From NCBI GenBank assembly GCA_036785375.1, contig JAWMAR010000834.1:434001-498000 (forward strand): a stretch of 64,000 nt of DNA. Reading direction: 5' to 3'. The position numbers were made by a program, and so were the translations under genes. Below are positions 35,265 through 46,649 of this stretch, one piece after another. Each line of letters starts with the position of its first letter. Positions within the stretch are counted from its first letter, which is position 1. Source of the DNA: Leucoraja ocellata (Eukaryota). The notes beneath the pieces are model-generated. The model made no database searches, was not told the DNA's origin, and worked only from the letters and a program-made list of their open reading frames with translations.

Positions 35265-36962
35265 CATTCAATTCAATTCAATTCAATTCAACTTTAATGT
35301 CATCGCACAAATACAAGTATGAGTACAACAAAATGCAGTTTTGCGTCAGTCCATAGTAGTTGTGCATAAAGAAATTAAAAAAAAAAAATTAAAAAAAAAA
35401 TAGAAAGAGAGAAGATACAGAATAATCAAAAAATACAAAATAATTAAACAATGGGGACGGAGGGACCGGAGAAATCTATCGGCGGGACTCCGAGTTCAGC
35501 AATGTGATTGTATTAACCATAACCATATAACCATATAACAATTACAGCACGGAAACAGGCCATCTCGGCCCTACAAGTCCATGCCGAACAAATTTTTTTC
35601 CCCTTAGTCCCATCTACCTGCACTCGTACCATAACCCTCCATTCCCTTCTCATCCATATGCCTATCCAATTTATTTTTAAATGATACCAATGAACCTGCC
35701 TCCACCACTTCCACTGGGAGCTCATTCCACACCGCCACCACTCTCTGCGTAAAGAAGTTCCCCCTCATATTACCCCTAAACTTCTGTCCCTTAATTCTGA
35801 AGTCATGTCCTCTTGTTTGAATCTTCCCTATTCTCAAAGGGAAAAGCTTGTCCACATCAACTCTGTCTATCCCTCTCATCATTTTAAAGACCTCTATCAG
35901 GTCCCCCCTTAACCTTCTGCGCTCCAGAGAATAAAGACCTAACTTATTCAACCTATCTCTGTAACTTAGTTGTTGAAACCCAGGCAACATTCTAGTAAAA
36001 ATTATTGTAGAAGCTGTTCCTCATCCTACTAGTACGTGACTTGAGGCTCCTGTACTGCCTCCCTGATGGGAGGAGGGCAAACAGTCCATGGTTGGGGTGT
36101 GAGGGGTCTTTGATGATCTTCCCAGCCCATCTCAGACACCGTTTTCGGTGGAGGGAATCCATGGCAGGGAGCGGGGCACCGATGATGTGCTGCGCGGTTT
36201 TCACCACCCGTTGTAGTGCCTTCCTGTCCGCAGCAGTGCAGCTGCTGTACCATACCGTGAAGCAGGTGGTCAGGATACTCTCCATGGTACAGCGGTAAAA
36301 GTTGGTCAGGATCCGGGGGGACAGGTGGGCTTTCTTGAGCCTCCTCAGGAAGTAAAGGCGCTGCTCTGCCTTTTTGATCAGCTTAGAGGTGTTGAGGGAC
36401 CAGGACAAATCCTCCGAGATATGTACCCGAGGAATTTATAGCTGGAGACGCGCTCCACCTCAGTCCCGTTTATGTGGATGGGGGTATGACTGCCTCCTCT
36501 GGTCTGCCTGAAGTCAACAATAATCTCCTTCGTCTTCTTGGAGTTGAGGACGAGGTTATTGTTGGCACACCAGGCTGTCAGGTGCTGGATCTCCTCCCTG
36601 TAGGCTGACTCATCGTTGTCGCTGATCAGTCCTACTACCGTGGTATCGTCAGCAAACTTAATAATGGCGTTGGATCCGTACTTTGGGATGCAGTCGTGGG
36701 TGAAGAGGGAGTAGAGGAGAGGGCTGAGCACACAGCCCTGTGGCACTCCGGTGTTCAGTGTTATAGTGGAGGAGGTGAGGTTATTGACCCTAACAGACTG
36801 TGGTCTGTTAGTGAAGAAGTCCAGTGTCCAGTTGCAGAGGGAGGTGGAGATGCCAAGTCCGCTGAGTTTGGTGATCAAGCTGGCGGGGATGACGGTGTTA
36901 AAGGCAGAGCTGAAATCAATGAACAGCAGCCTGATGTAGGAGTTGTTGTAGTCCAGGTGCAT
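35265..36962 (-). mobile_element. Rex1/Babar LINE (RT and 3' end), interrupted by a CR1
   Basis: [28 protein letters not shown] and RLYFLRRL. The frame RNSFYNN|TITLLNSESRR* resumes at 35513, and a (TTGAA)n tail lies at 35265-35291. Confidence 0.93.
35515..36000 (-). mobile_element. CR1 3' fragment nested in Rex1
   Basis: ORF 35604-35990 (LERRRLRGDL, TRGH, FFTQRVV..WN.LP), a (GGTTATAT)n tail and a candidate ATTA duplication. Confidence 0.93.
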
Positions 36963-38549
36963 CATGTCATAGATAAGAAACTTCAAACTTAGGGAATAAT
37001 ACCAGACATAGACCATGCAGTCCCTATTCAGCCCAAAGGCCATTCCAACAACATCCATATTCGGCACGTTTATTATCAAGATGGACTCGTGTGCAGCATT
37101 CCTTCCAAGTCACATTCCATCCATATAAGCAAGATTTATGGAAATTAATTACCATTCCTCATTGTATAAGGGTCTGTTGGAATTCACCCAACAACATTGT
37201 TCGAGTGCATTTACCAGTCTCTCTGCTGCGGTTCGCTCTTTTGGCACACCAATACATATTTTTAATGGAAGGAAAATAAATGCCTTGTCCAAAATCCTCA
37301 GATCCCCAATGAATAAATAGAAAAGTATCATGCTCCATCCAGATCTTTATTCACCTCTCCCATCTGATCACCGCATTGTGATTTTACTTTCACAGCTTTC
37401 TTAACACTATCGTAAACTCGTGAACTAGAAATGCCAGAGAACCTGCTGAACCTCGGCAGACACCCCACACATTTTAATCATCCCCACTGTGCACGCACAA
37501 AGATCTTGCATCATCAAGGAAAACTTTAGCTCAGGAGGAGGAAGTGCCAGAGAAAGTTTACATCAGTTCTTTCATATGCTCTTCCTTCAGGCATCAGAAC
37601 TTTTTGAGTTATGCAATCACATAACAGGAGAAAACTAATCCAATGTAAAGTGTACTTCTTCACTTTCCACTTCCAATATCCCTCTGGCAAGACTTTTTTT
37701 TATTCTCAGAGGCACATACCATCCATATAGCCAGATATAGCAACATTTACATGTTTGCTATTAAATCCTCTCAGCAATTGAAGCCCACCCTGCCCAAACC
37801 CCCATCAATCCCATCTACATTTCACTGCTTGGAAAATGACCAACATAAATGACTATTTTCAAACTGGTCATTCCCTCTTCTCCCGCTCCCATTGGGCAAA
37901 TGTTACAAAAGCTTGAAAACACAAACCACAGGATTCAGGAACACCTTCTTTCCCATTCCTTCTATACCAAGATGCTGCCTGTTTTGTTAAGTTACTCCAG
38001 CATTTTATGTCTATCTTCAGTGTATCTCCAGCGTCTGCAGTTCCTTCCTACACCTTCTTCCCTGTTGTCATCAAACTATTTCCCAATCTACCTTACAGCG
38101 GACTGTGTATTTTTATTTTATTTGGTCTTTCTCAGAAACTGTAATGCAATAACACTGTAGCACGGTACACTGTACTCTAGTATTTTTCAATTTGAACTGT
38201 CTGTTGCACTTGTGTATGCTTGATTGTACTCATGTATAGGATGATTTGACCAGATAGCTCGCAAACAAAAATGTTCTCGCTATCTCAGTATACATGACAA
38301 TAATTATCCAATACCAATACCATAAGCAGTCCACACTCTCTGGAGCCTTGCCTTTTAGCAACCTAGTCTTTGAAACTGACATTGATTGAGAGGCAATGTT
38401 GCACTAGATTTTTAATTTAGATTTTTGTGCTCATGTCTCCATTAAAGGATATGAATCTGTAATATTCTGAGCAAGAATCCTACTAACTGGGTCATAACTT
38501 GCAGGGCTAAAAATATAGAGGCTTCTTTCATACTGGAGTAAGAAGTCTC

Positions 38550-39045
38550 ATTCTGGGCACCGCACTATACATTACACATGAAGAATTCAGGAGAAAGTGC
38601 AGAAGAGATCTACTGGAATTATTCCAAGGATGAGATACTTTAGATATATGGATAGAATGGAGAATCGAGGGTTATTCTCCTTGCAGCAGAAGAGGTTGAG
38701 AGGAAAAAAAAGATGGGATTTAAAAACTTAAGGAGCAAAGACAGAGTAGACTGGATTTAACTTTTACCATTGGCAAAAACATCAAGAGCAAAGAAACATA
38801 GAATGAAGGTGAGTGACGAAAGAGTTGAAAATGACCTGAGAAATACCTTTCTTGCAGAACAAGTTGTCAGAGCCCAGAATACACTCTCAGGATTAGTAGA
38901 GCTAGATTTAATTCACAAGGGATATGAATCTTGATTTTAGATGATTTTAGATGATCAGCCATGATTATATTGAATGGCGGTGCTGGCTCGAAGGGCCGAA
39001 TGGCCTACTCCTGCACCTATTTTTCTATGTTTTCTATATTTCTGT
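38550..39045 (+). mobile_element. Old CR1 3' fragment plus a younger CR1 tail
   Basis: Decayed FW.P.., KVQ.R.T..IP and LGLFSL..RRLRG. The tail at 38950-39040 is nearly identical to 805-880. Confidence 0.75.
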
Positions 39046-39599
39046 GGATCTGGATCTGAAATAATTTGCAGGACTAAGGCGGAGAGAGCACGGGAGGGGA
39101 ACTGGCTGGATTGCTTTTACATCTTGCCAGTATGCACTAAATGAGCCTAATGGCTTTCGTCCACCCTAACACTTCCAACAATTCTGCAAATAGCATATCA
39201 AGGTTCAACCACTTTAGTAACAACAAGGTTTTGAGGTGATCACACTCGAGTTGCCTGGCAACCTCTTAAGTGTGTCCGTTTCCCTTCTCAGAAACCAACG
39301 AACATGTGCGCTTTAAGTTTGGCTAATATACAGTACATTAAACATTCATTCCATTATGGGAACAAAAGACTCTTGAGAACCTGAATGTCAATCACTTTCA
39401 ATCTTTCTCAAGCTAAGCAGCTAGCTGCCAAATCTTGTACAAGATTTAAAGAGCCGAGGCAGACAACTGACTAGTTCATGCATGATATGACCCCCATATA
39501 TGGAAAGGTGCCCCAAGGATTGTACAGAATGGTGCAAAGCCTTTTATGCATGGTGCAATGGACCATGATCACTTTTGGTCTGATTACTACACTTGATGG

Positions 39600-39965
39600 T
39601 GAATTCAATATAACATCAGTCAGGAGCATACTCCTCCAGACAGGAGTGCTACAGAGTGTTGCCTTTCATTTGGCATGTAGGTGCTTGGTTGCTGGTCGAC
39701 CAAGGCAGGGTGAGGGCTGGAGAACCACAGCAGTCTGGGGCATGCCTGAATCGGGCACTGCTCTTAACAACTGGTGGGTGGAGTGGACTTGGAATATGGT
39801 ACCAAACGTGGTGCCTCTTGCATGCGGGCTCAGTGGACTATTTCTGTACAACAGCTAATCGTGGGTGTTATGGTGATACTCTACTGGACTGTTTGAAAGA
39901 AATACATTTCACTGTATGTCTCCAATTCGCACATGTGACAATGAAGCATCATTGAACCATTGAAT
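39600..39965 (+). mobile_element. SINE-like repeat with a Rex1-type tail (uninterrupted relative of the nest host)
   Basis: CTCTTGCATGCGG(G/T)CTCAGTGGACTATTTCTGTA is shared with 44232-44264. The tail reads CATTTCACTGTATG..ATGTGACAAT..(CCATTGAA). Confidence 0.6.
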
Positions 39966-40974
39966 ACCGTGACCCAACAGCAAATGCTTTCAGAATGGCT
40001 GTTGCAGTTCTCAGTTCTCTCTGATGCTCCTGAAGTTAAAACATTTTTATTTTATTTTGTCCTTTTGGGGTCTCCAATCATCAGCAGATGTTGGGTGCCT
40101 ACCACTGATGATTGGTGACCCCATTAGCCAGTGTTATATGGTGGTGACTTGCCACAATTTCACCCCTACTACCACTGCTAAACATAGAGAAAAATCTGTA
40201 CTGAACCAACTCCAGTGGCACTGGCAAGGTTTCATGTGCTACAGCGGGAGATAATAAAAGGAGACTATGCCTTGTGAACATCTTTGATACTAACACAAGG
40301 TATGGACAGCATTGTTCGTATAATGTGTGGGACACTCGAAGCTAGCATGTTTTGCATGTTACATGTGATGGAATATTGCAGCCAAGACCCTGAACAAATC
40401 CCTGAGCAGCATAGTACTACACTGTAAAATTTCTAACCCTTTGTGTTGAACGATAGGAGCTCGTCAAAGGAGTACCACTGATCTAGGTTACTCCATTTGC
40501 AAACAAATCCTGACTCTTCGAACGATTTTCAATGGAAAAGCCTCAACAGTGTTATTTTCTCACCACAAAAATCGATGATGAAATTCATCACTGTGGCAGC
40601 AGTACCTTTGGCTGACTAAGGAATGGGTGTTTCAAGCTCTGACATCAAAACCAGCATGAAACTCAACTCTAACAGGCAGCATTAACTCCTGCTCCTCCAT
40701 ATGCTTCCAAGGAAAGCACATTGAGGCACCGGAGGGAAATCGCTAACATTTTCTCAACAAAATCCACTAAATCCACCGGAAGGATGAGAAAACCATAGTC
40801 AGTGCTCCCTCCCAGCAGTGGTGCCCCAGTTACATGCAGTTGGCTCCCCTGGGCAGGCCAACACCAGACTCAAGGTGACATTCTATTCCAAAGTACTTCA
40901 AAGAATGGGATTACCACACATTGAAAAACATTCACGCAAGCTGTCAAAAGCTATTTAAAAAGAAAATACATCAA

Positions 40975-41295
40975 TTGCCAGAGTAACTCGATGGGTCAGG
41001 CAGCTTCTTTGGAGAACATGGATAGGGGACATTTTGTGTCAGAACCCTTCTTCAGACTAATTGTGGGGCTGTGGCGAAGAAAGCTACAAGAGTGGAGGGG
41101 TAGGTGACCTGTCATTCTTTGTCCTACCCCTCCAATCTTCTCGAATTAATTGACCCCTGCAATCACTCTGAAGAATGCTCCTGACCCAAAACGTCACCTA
41201 TTCATGTTCTCCAGGGTAGCTGCATGACCTACTAAGTTACTCCAGCATTTGCATCTTTCCCTGGGAAACCAACAACTGCTGTTCTTTGTTTCTAC
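40975..41295. mobile_element. Penelope-like inverted-arm element
   Basis: Inverted arms at 40980-41057 and 41165-41246, each with a decayed CTGAAGA..GAC(C/A)CAAAA(C/T)GTC motif. Confidence 0.65.
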
Positions 41296-42019
41296 TCCTT
41301 AAAAAGATGCAGCATTCCCATTGGAATTTCCAGCCTATAACCACTCAAAGTGGGGAAGAGCATTCCTAATGACACTGAGAATCTGAAGTCCTCAGGCCCT
41401 CACCTGGGTTGAGAGGGAAAGATAGATCAGCCATGATTGAATGGCGGGGTAGTTTTGATGGGGCCGAATGGCCTAATTCTGCTCCTATAACGTATGAATT
41501 TATGAACTTATAGGTATATGGATGTTCACTGTAAACAGTGGAATAAGTGTCCCATCTTACAAACTACCTATGAACCCGCACCATCAAACAGTTCCTGCCT
41601 ATTCTCGCAGAATCTATGGGTCTCACTTTGCCCTCGACCGTCACTTCAGAACAACAGACCAGAAAGAGGAAAGGTAAATGACCAACTTGGATTTCATTTA
41701 TAGAGTCTTGGAATCATCGGACCAGAAACATATGACATAAATTGCAAGGAAGCAGGCCCTTTGCCGAACTCATCCATGCCAACCAAGTTGCTGACCTGAG
41801 CTAGTCTCATTTGACTGCCCATTTCTCGCTAAAACTTTCCTATTCCATGTATCTGTCCAAATGGCTTTTCAAGTTTGGAATTGTACCCACTTCCACAGGT
41901 TCCTCTGGCAGCTCAATCCACATTCCAGTCACTCTCTGTGTGAAAAAGCACCCCCTCTGATTCCCTTTAAATTTTCACCCTGTTTCCTTAAATCTGTATC
42001 CTCTAATTTCCAACATGAG

Positions 42020-42114
42020 GAGCTAGATTTTTATTATTTTTTATTATTTTTTATTATTTTTTATTATTTTTTGTCTATGTTTCTATGTAGTTTTTGTTAT
42101 TTTTTTGTTGGTGT

Positions 42115-42145
<31 letters not shown>

Positions 42146-42895
42146 GGGGTGGGGTGGGGTGTGAGGGAGGGGGTAACTTTTAAATCTCTCCCTGCACGGG
42201 AGACCCGACCTTTTCTGGTCGGGTCTCCGTTGTCGTTGGGCTGCAACGAGGAGCGGACTCCAACAGGAGAAGACCGGGGATTCTGGTGCCGACGACTCAC
42301 CGTCACCATCGCAGAGCTGGCCGAGTCCAGAGCGGGTGGAGCGGTGGTGGAGCGCTGCTGCTGCTGCTGCTGCGGCCCGACCTCCGGAGATTCGGAGGCT
42401 TTAACTGCGGGTCTGGCGGACGGCGGCACCGGGAGCCCGCGGGTCCCTGGAGGGAGACCGCTTTTCAGGGCTCTCGCAACGGCGACTTCTCCCGCCCGAG
42501 TTGCGGGGTCGAAGAGCTCCTGGAGCGGGGCCTGACATCACCGCCCTGCGCGGCTTGGAATGGCCGCGGGACTCTGCGGGGACTCTAACACCAAGACCCG
42601 GTGTGCGACCTCGCACCACCCGGCGTGGCTTTAATGGCCGCAGGACAATCGCCATCGCCAGCTGGGGGCTTTGACTTTGACTGACATCGGGGGGGGGGGG
42701 GGGGGGGGGGAGTGCAGTGTAGATATAAGTTTTTTTGGCCTTCCATCACAGCGATGTGATGGATGTTTATGTAAATTATGTTGTGTCTTGGGTCTATTTG
42801 TTTGTAATGTATGGCTGCAGAAACGGCATTTCGTTTGGACCTCAAGGGGTCCAAATGACAATTAAACTGAATCTTGAATCTTGAATCTTGAATCT
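42020..42895 (+). mobile_element. Hairpin retroposon, copy D
   Basis: T-rich, (GT)n and G tracts, hairpin GAGACCCGACC-TTTTCT-GGTCGGGTCTC, GC-rich body, hairpin TCCATCACA-GCGA-TGTGATGGA, and a tail hairpin followed by ATGACAAT and (GAATCTT)n. Confidence 0.75.
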
Positions 42896-43799
42896 AGAAC
42901 CGCTATAACTTCCTTCTCGGTGTATTTCTGCAATTGAAAAATCTAGTTAATGTTTCAAAGATCGATAACTAATATGGTATGGCTTTGAGCATGATTGATA
43001 TTGCAAAAAAGGAACATTGCTAATAAAATTGTTGGATGTTTAATTTTTGTAATGATTTAATAGAATATGACTTCTGAAAAGAAACCAGTAATACATTAAA
43101 TGGGAAGATTAAATACAAAAAGTTTTAGACTGTGATTCAAACGAACACCAGAAGGTGTTCTGTAGGAAAAAAGATTTTGCTTTTTTGGCAGTGGATGTTA
43201 ATTTTTGTTGAGGAAAAATGCACGTGCCATTACTAATTTTGTAATCAAAACTTGATCTGACAGATGGCATATTTTCAATTGATGTTGCGTCTTGCTTTAA
43301 CTGCTTGATACAGCTATACATCAATGCATCCTTATTTTTTTTATCTTTCTGCCATCCACGGAGGGAAAATTTATCTTATTCAAAGTTCGAATATACAACT
43401 TAATCAGGAAAACAGGGCAATATTCTGTTGTCATATTTAGCTTGCCATATTTGCTTGCTTGTGTTTATTAATGATGGTTAATTAAGAGCAGAAGAGACTG
43501 ACTGGATGCGTGGCCCGAAGCAAGAAAGCTAGAAGAAGCCTTTTCCCCTGACTCAGTCTGAAGAAATTCTCAACCCCCAGTGTCACCTATTCCTTGGCCT
43601 GACCCCTGCTCATATCCCAAGGATCAGAGAAACAGAGAGGAGGGTTGAGGGAGCCAGTGATGGCAGATACAAGGGGCGGTAAGAGAGTGAACCTGGTCTA
43701 CCCTTCCGTGTCTTCACGGTCAGCTGCAGAGGAGCCCCTAGGGCACAAAAGCTGAAGGTGGCCACCTAGGAGAGGGACAATGGTTCACTGTACAATCTG

Positions 43800-44126
43800 G
43801 ACCAAGCTTTTCCCTTTGAGAATAGGGAAGATTCAAACAAGAGGACATGACTTCAGAATTAAGGGACAGAAGTTTAGGGGTAATATGAGGGGGAACTTCT
43901 TTACGCAGAGAGTGGTGGCAGTGTGGAATGAGCTCCCAGTGGAAGTGGTGGAGGCAGGTTCATTGGTATCATTTAAAAATAAATTGGATAGGCATATGGA
44001 TGAGAAGGGAATGGAGGGTTATGGTATGAGTGCAGGCAGGTGGGACTAAGGGGGAAAAACATTTGTTCGGCATGGACTTGTAGGGCCGAGATGGCCTGTT
44101 TCCGTGCTGTAATTGTTATATGTTAT
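43800..44126 (+). mobile_element. CR1 3' fragment
   Basis: KLFPLRIGKIQTRGH..MEGYG and the CR1 tail. Confidence 0.92.
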
Positions 44127-44457
44127 AAAACTGGAGGCACTGCAACGTCTGGGGCTCGCTTGGATCGAGCGTCGCTCCAGAAGAACAAGCAAACGGACTG
44201 GACTTTGAAAATGGCACCATATACTGGTTACTCTTGCATGCGGTCTCAGTGGACTATTTCTGTATGGTTTTTACTAATCGGGGATTGTACCTAGGCATGG
44301 AGATACTGTAGCTCCGCCTACAAGCCTCTCTTCCCTTTCTTCCTCAGTCTTGAGATGAGTTAAGATGAAACCACCTATGTTATAATGCTAATAAAAGTCT
44401 TTGGATCTTAATCACTGTGAGTGAGTTAAGTTATTCCAACAACAGAGCCCAACAACA

Positions 44458-44475
44458 TGGTGTCAGAAGTGGGAT
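44458..44475 (+). promoter_or_regulatory. Primer-binding site, tRNA-Leu
   Basis: TGGTGTCAGAAGTGGGAT is complementary to a tRNA-Leu 3' end and follows the LTR CA immediately. Confidence 0.88.
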
Positions 44476-44761
44476 GTTGTGCCGGTACAGGAGCACTGAT
44501 GTCGCTGGAAGTGGACGGAAGGTCTGGATAATACAGAGGTGGAGCTGGCTCATTCACAGGCAGGATATGTTGTCTATTACGTCTGTAAGTGCGGCCATCA
44601 GCACTGACCAGATATGAGCATGGCTCAGAGGCAGTTCCAGAAATAACACCGATACGATCATGGCCAATGTCATCAACCTCAAGCTAAACCCACAAAAATA
44701 CAAATTTGAGGTAAGTGAGGTGAAATACATAGCCCATGTGTTCACTAAGGATGGCTAAGGA

Positions 44762-44985
44762 GAGGCCCGGGAACCATTGGGAGAGGCCCGGGAACCGTTG
44801 GAGCGAGTGGAGGAGGGTCAGCGCTGTGCGTATATAAATCGAGCGCGGGGCTTTCTTTTACAGTGGCCCGGGAACCGTTGGAGTGAGTGGAGGAGGTTCA
44901 GGGCTGTGAGTATATAAAGCGAGCGCGAGGCTTTCTTTTACAGAGGCCCGGGAACTGTTGGAGCGAGTGGAGGAGGGTCAGGGCT
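44762..44985 (+). promoter_or_regulatory. 80-bp tandem monomers with TATA box in the CR1 5' UTR
   Basis: GGCCCGGGAAC at 44785, 44865 and 44945; TATATAAA at 44831 and 44911; each full unit ends CTTTCTTTTACAG. Confidence 0.7.
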
Positions 44986-45112
44986 TACCAAAATCTGTAA
45001 CGTTCCACACTTCATAGGGAGGGTTCTGGTGGAAGCCGCTGATTGGTGGAAGCAGACTAGAGGAAGCAGCTGATTGGGTGCAACCTCAGTTTAGCATTTC
45101 TGCTTTCTGGTT

Positions 45113-45468
45113 AAAGGTACAGTGCTTTAGTAAAGGCACAGTGAGCCAAGGGTACAGTGGACTAAAGGTACAGTGGGTGAAAGGTACAGTGCTTTAGTAA
45201 AGGTACAGTGAGCCAAGGGTACAGTGGGCTAAAGGTACAGTGCTTTAGTAAAGGTACAGTGAGCCAAGAGTACAGTGAGCCAAGGGTACAGTGGGCTAAA
45301 AGTACAGTGCTGTAGTAAAGGTACAGTGAGCCAAGGGTACAGTGGACTAAGGGTACAGTGCTTTAGTAAAGGTACAGTGAGCCAAGAGTACAGTGGGCTA
45401 AAGGTACAGTGCTTTAGTAAAGGTACAGTGAGCCAAGGGTATAGTGCTTTAGTAAAGGTACAGTGCTT
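45113..45468 (+). repeat. GGTACAGTG minisatellite in the CR1 5' UTR
   Basis: About 20 GTACAGTG-like cores joined by three linker types (CTTTAGTAAA, AGCCAAG, GGCTAAA). Confidence 0.9.
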
Positions 45469-45598
45469 TTTGTTTATATAATAAAGGTGCAGGTTAAAGG
45501 TCAAGAGGGAGCAGCTGTTGTGAGTCAGATACCTGCTGATTTCTCCCAGCAGTTTCTATTGTATTATACTTGTAGCGGATCCAGGGTAAGGCGGGAGA

Positions 45599-46526
45599 AT
45601 GACAGCCAGAGCAGTGTACTGTTCTGGATGTCAGATGTGGGAGGTCATGGTGTCGGATGGCCCTCCAGCTGTCCACATCTGCACCAGGTGCAGCAAGATG
45701 GGGCTCCTAAGGGACCGTATTAGGATCCTGGAGCAGCAGCTCGATGACCTCTGTCTGGTCAGGGAGAATGAGGAAGTCATAGAGGGGAGTTATAGGGAGG
45801 TGCTCACTCCAAAATCACGGGAGAGAGACATGTGGGTCACGTTAAGGAAGGGCAAGGGGCAGAGGCAGGGACGAATGAGTACTCCAATGTCGGTACACCT
45901 CGCAAATAAGTACTCCTGTTTGAGTACGGATGGGGGTGCCCGGCGGTAGAGACAGCGGACAGGCCTCCAGCACAGAGACCGGCCCTGTTGCTCCAAAAGG
46001 TAGGGACAAAAAGAATAGGGCAATAGTAATTGGGGACTCTATTGTTAGGGGGTCGGATAGGCGATTCTGTTGACGCAGTCGGGAGACCAGGATGGTGGTC
46101 TGCCTCCCTGGTGCCAAGGTCTCGGACGTGTCTCAACGCGTCCAAGATATCCTAAAATCAGAGGGAGAGGAGCCTGGGGTCGTGGCACATATAGGTACCA
46201 ATGACATAGGTAAAAAAAGGGAAGAGGTCCTGAAGGGAGGATTTAGGGAGTTGGGAGGGGAGTTAAGGAAAAGGACCAAAATGGTAACAATCTCAGGATT
46301 ACTACCTGTGCCACGCGACAGTGAGAGTAGGAATGGAGCGAGGTGGAGGTTAAATGCGTGGCTGAAAGACTGGTGCACAGGGCAGGGATTCAAGTTTCTG
46401 GATTATTGGGGCTTCTTTTGGGGAACGTGGGACCTGTACAGAAAGGATGGGTTGCACTTGAACCCGAGGGGGACCAATATCCTGGCGGGGAAATTTGCAA
46501 AGGCTACTGGGGAGACTTTAAACTAG
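45599..46526 (+). pseudogene. CR1 ORF1: zinc finger, coiled coil and SGNH esterase
   Basis: CSGC..CTRC, leucine heptads, IVIGDSIVRG, CLPGA, HIGTND and DGLHL. Contains a frameshift and stops. Confidence 0.92.
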
Positions 46527-46649
46527 AATGGTTGGGGCGAGGGACTCAAATAGCGAAAGCTAGTAGACAGAATGGGAGGCAGGAAGCAGAAAAGGGAAGC
46601 ACTCGGACACAAGAGGAGAAAGCAAAAAAAGGAAATAAACAGAGAATAA

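Noticed and set aside
45113-45468. CRISPR-like repeat-spacer appearance
   Set aside because: The linkers are short and reused rather than unique, no cas genes are present, and the array sits in a eukaryotic LINE 5' UTR.
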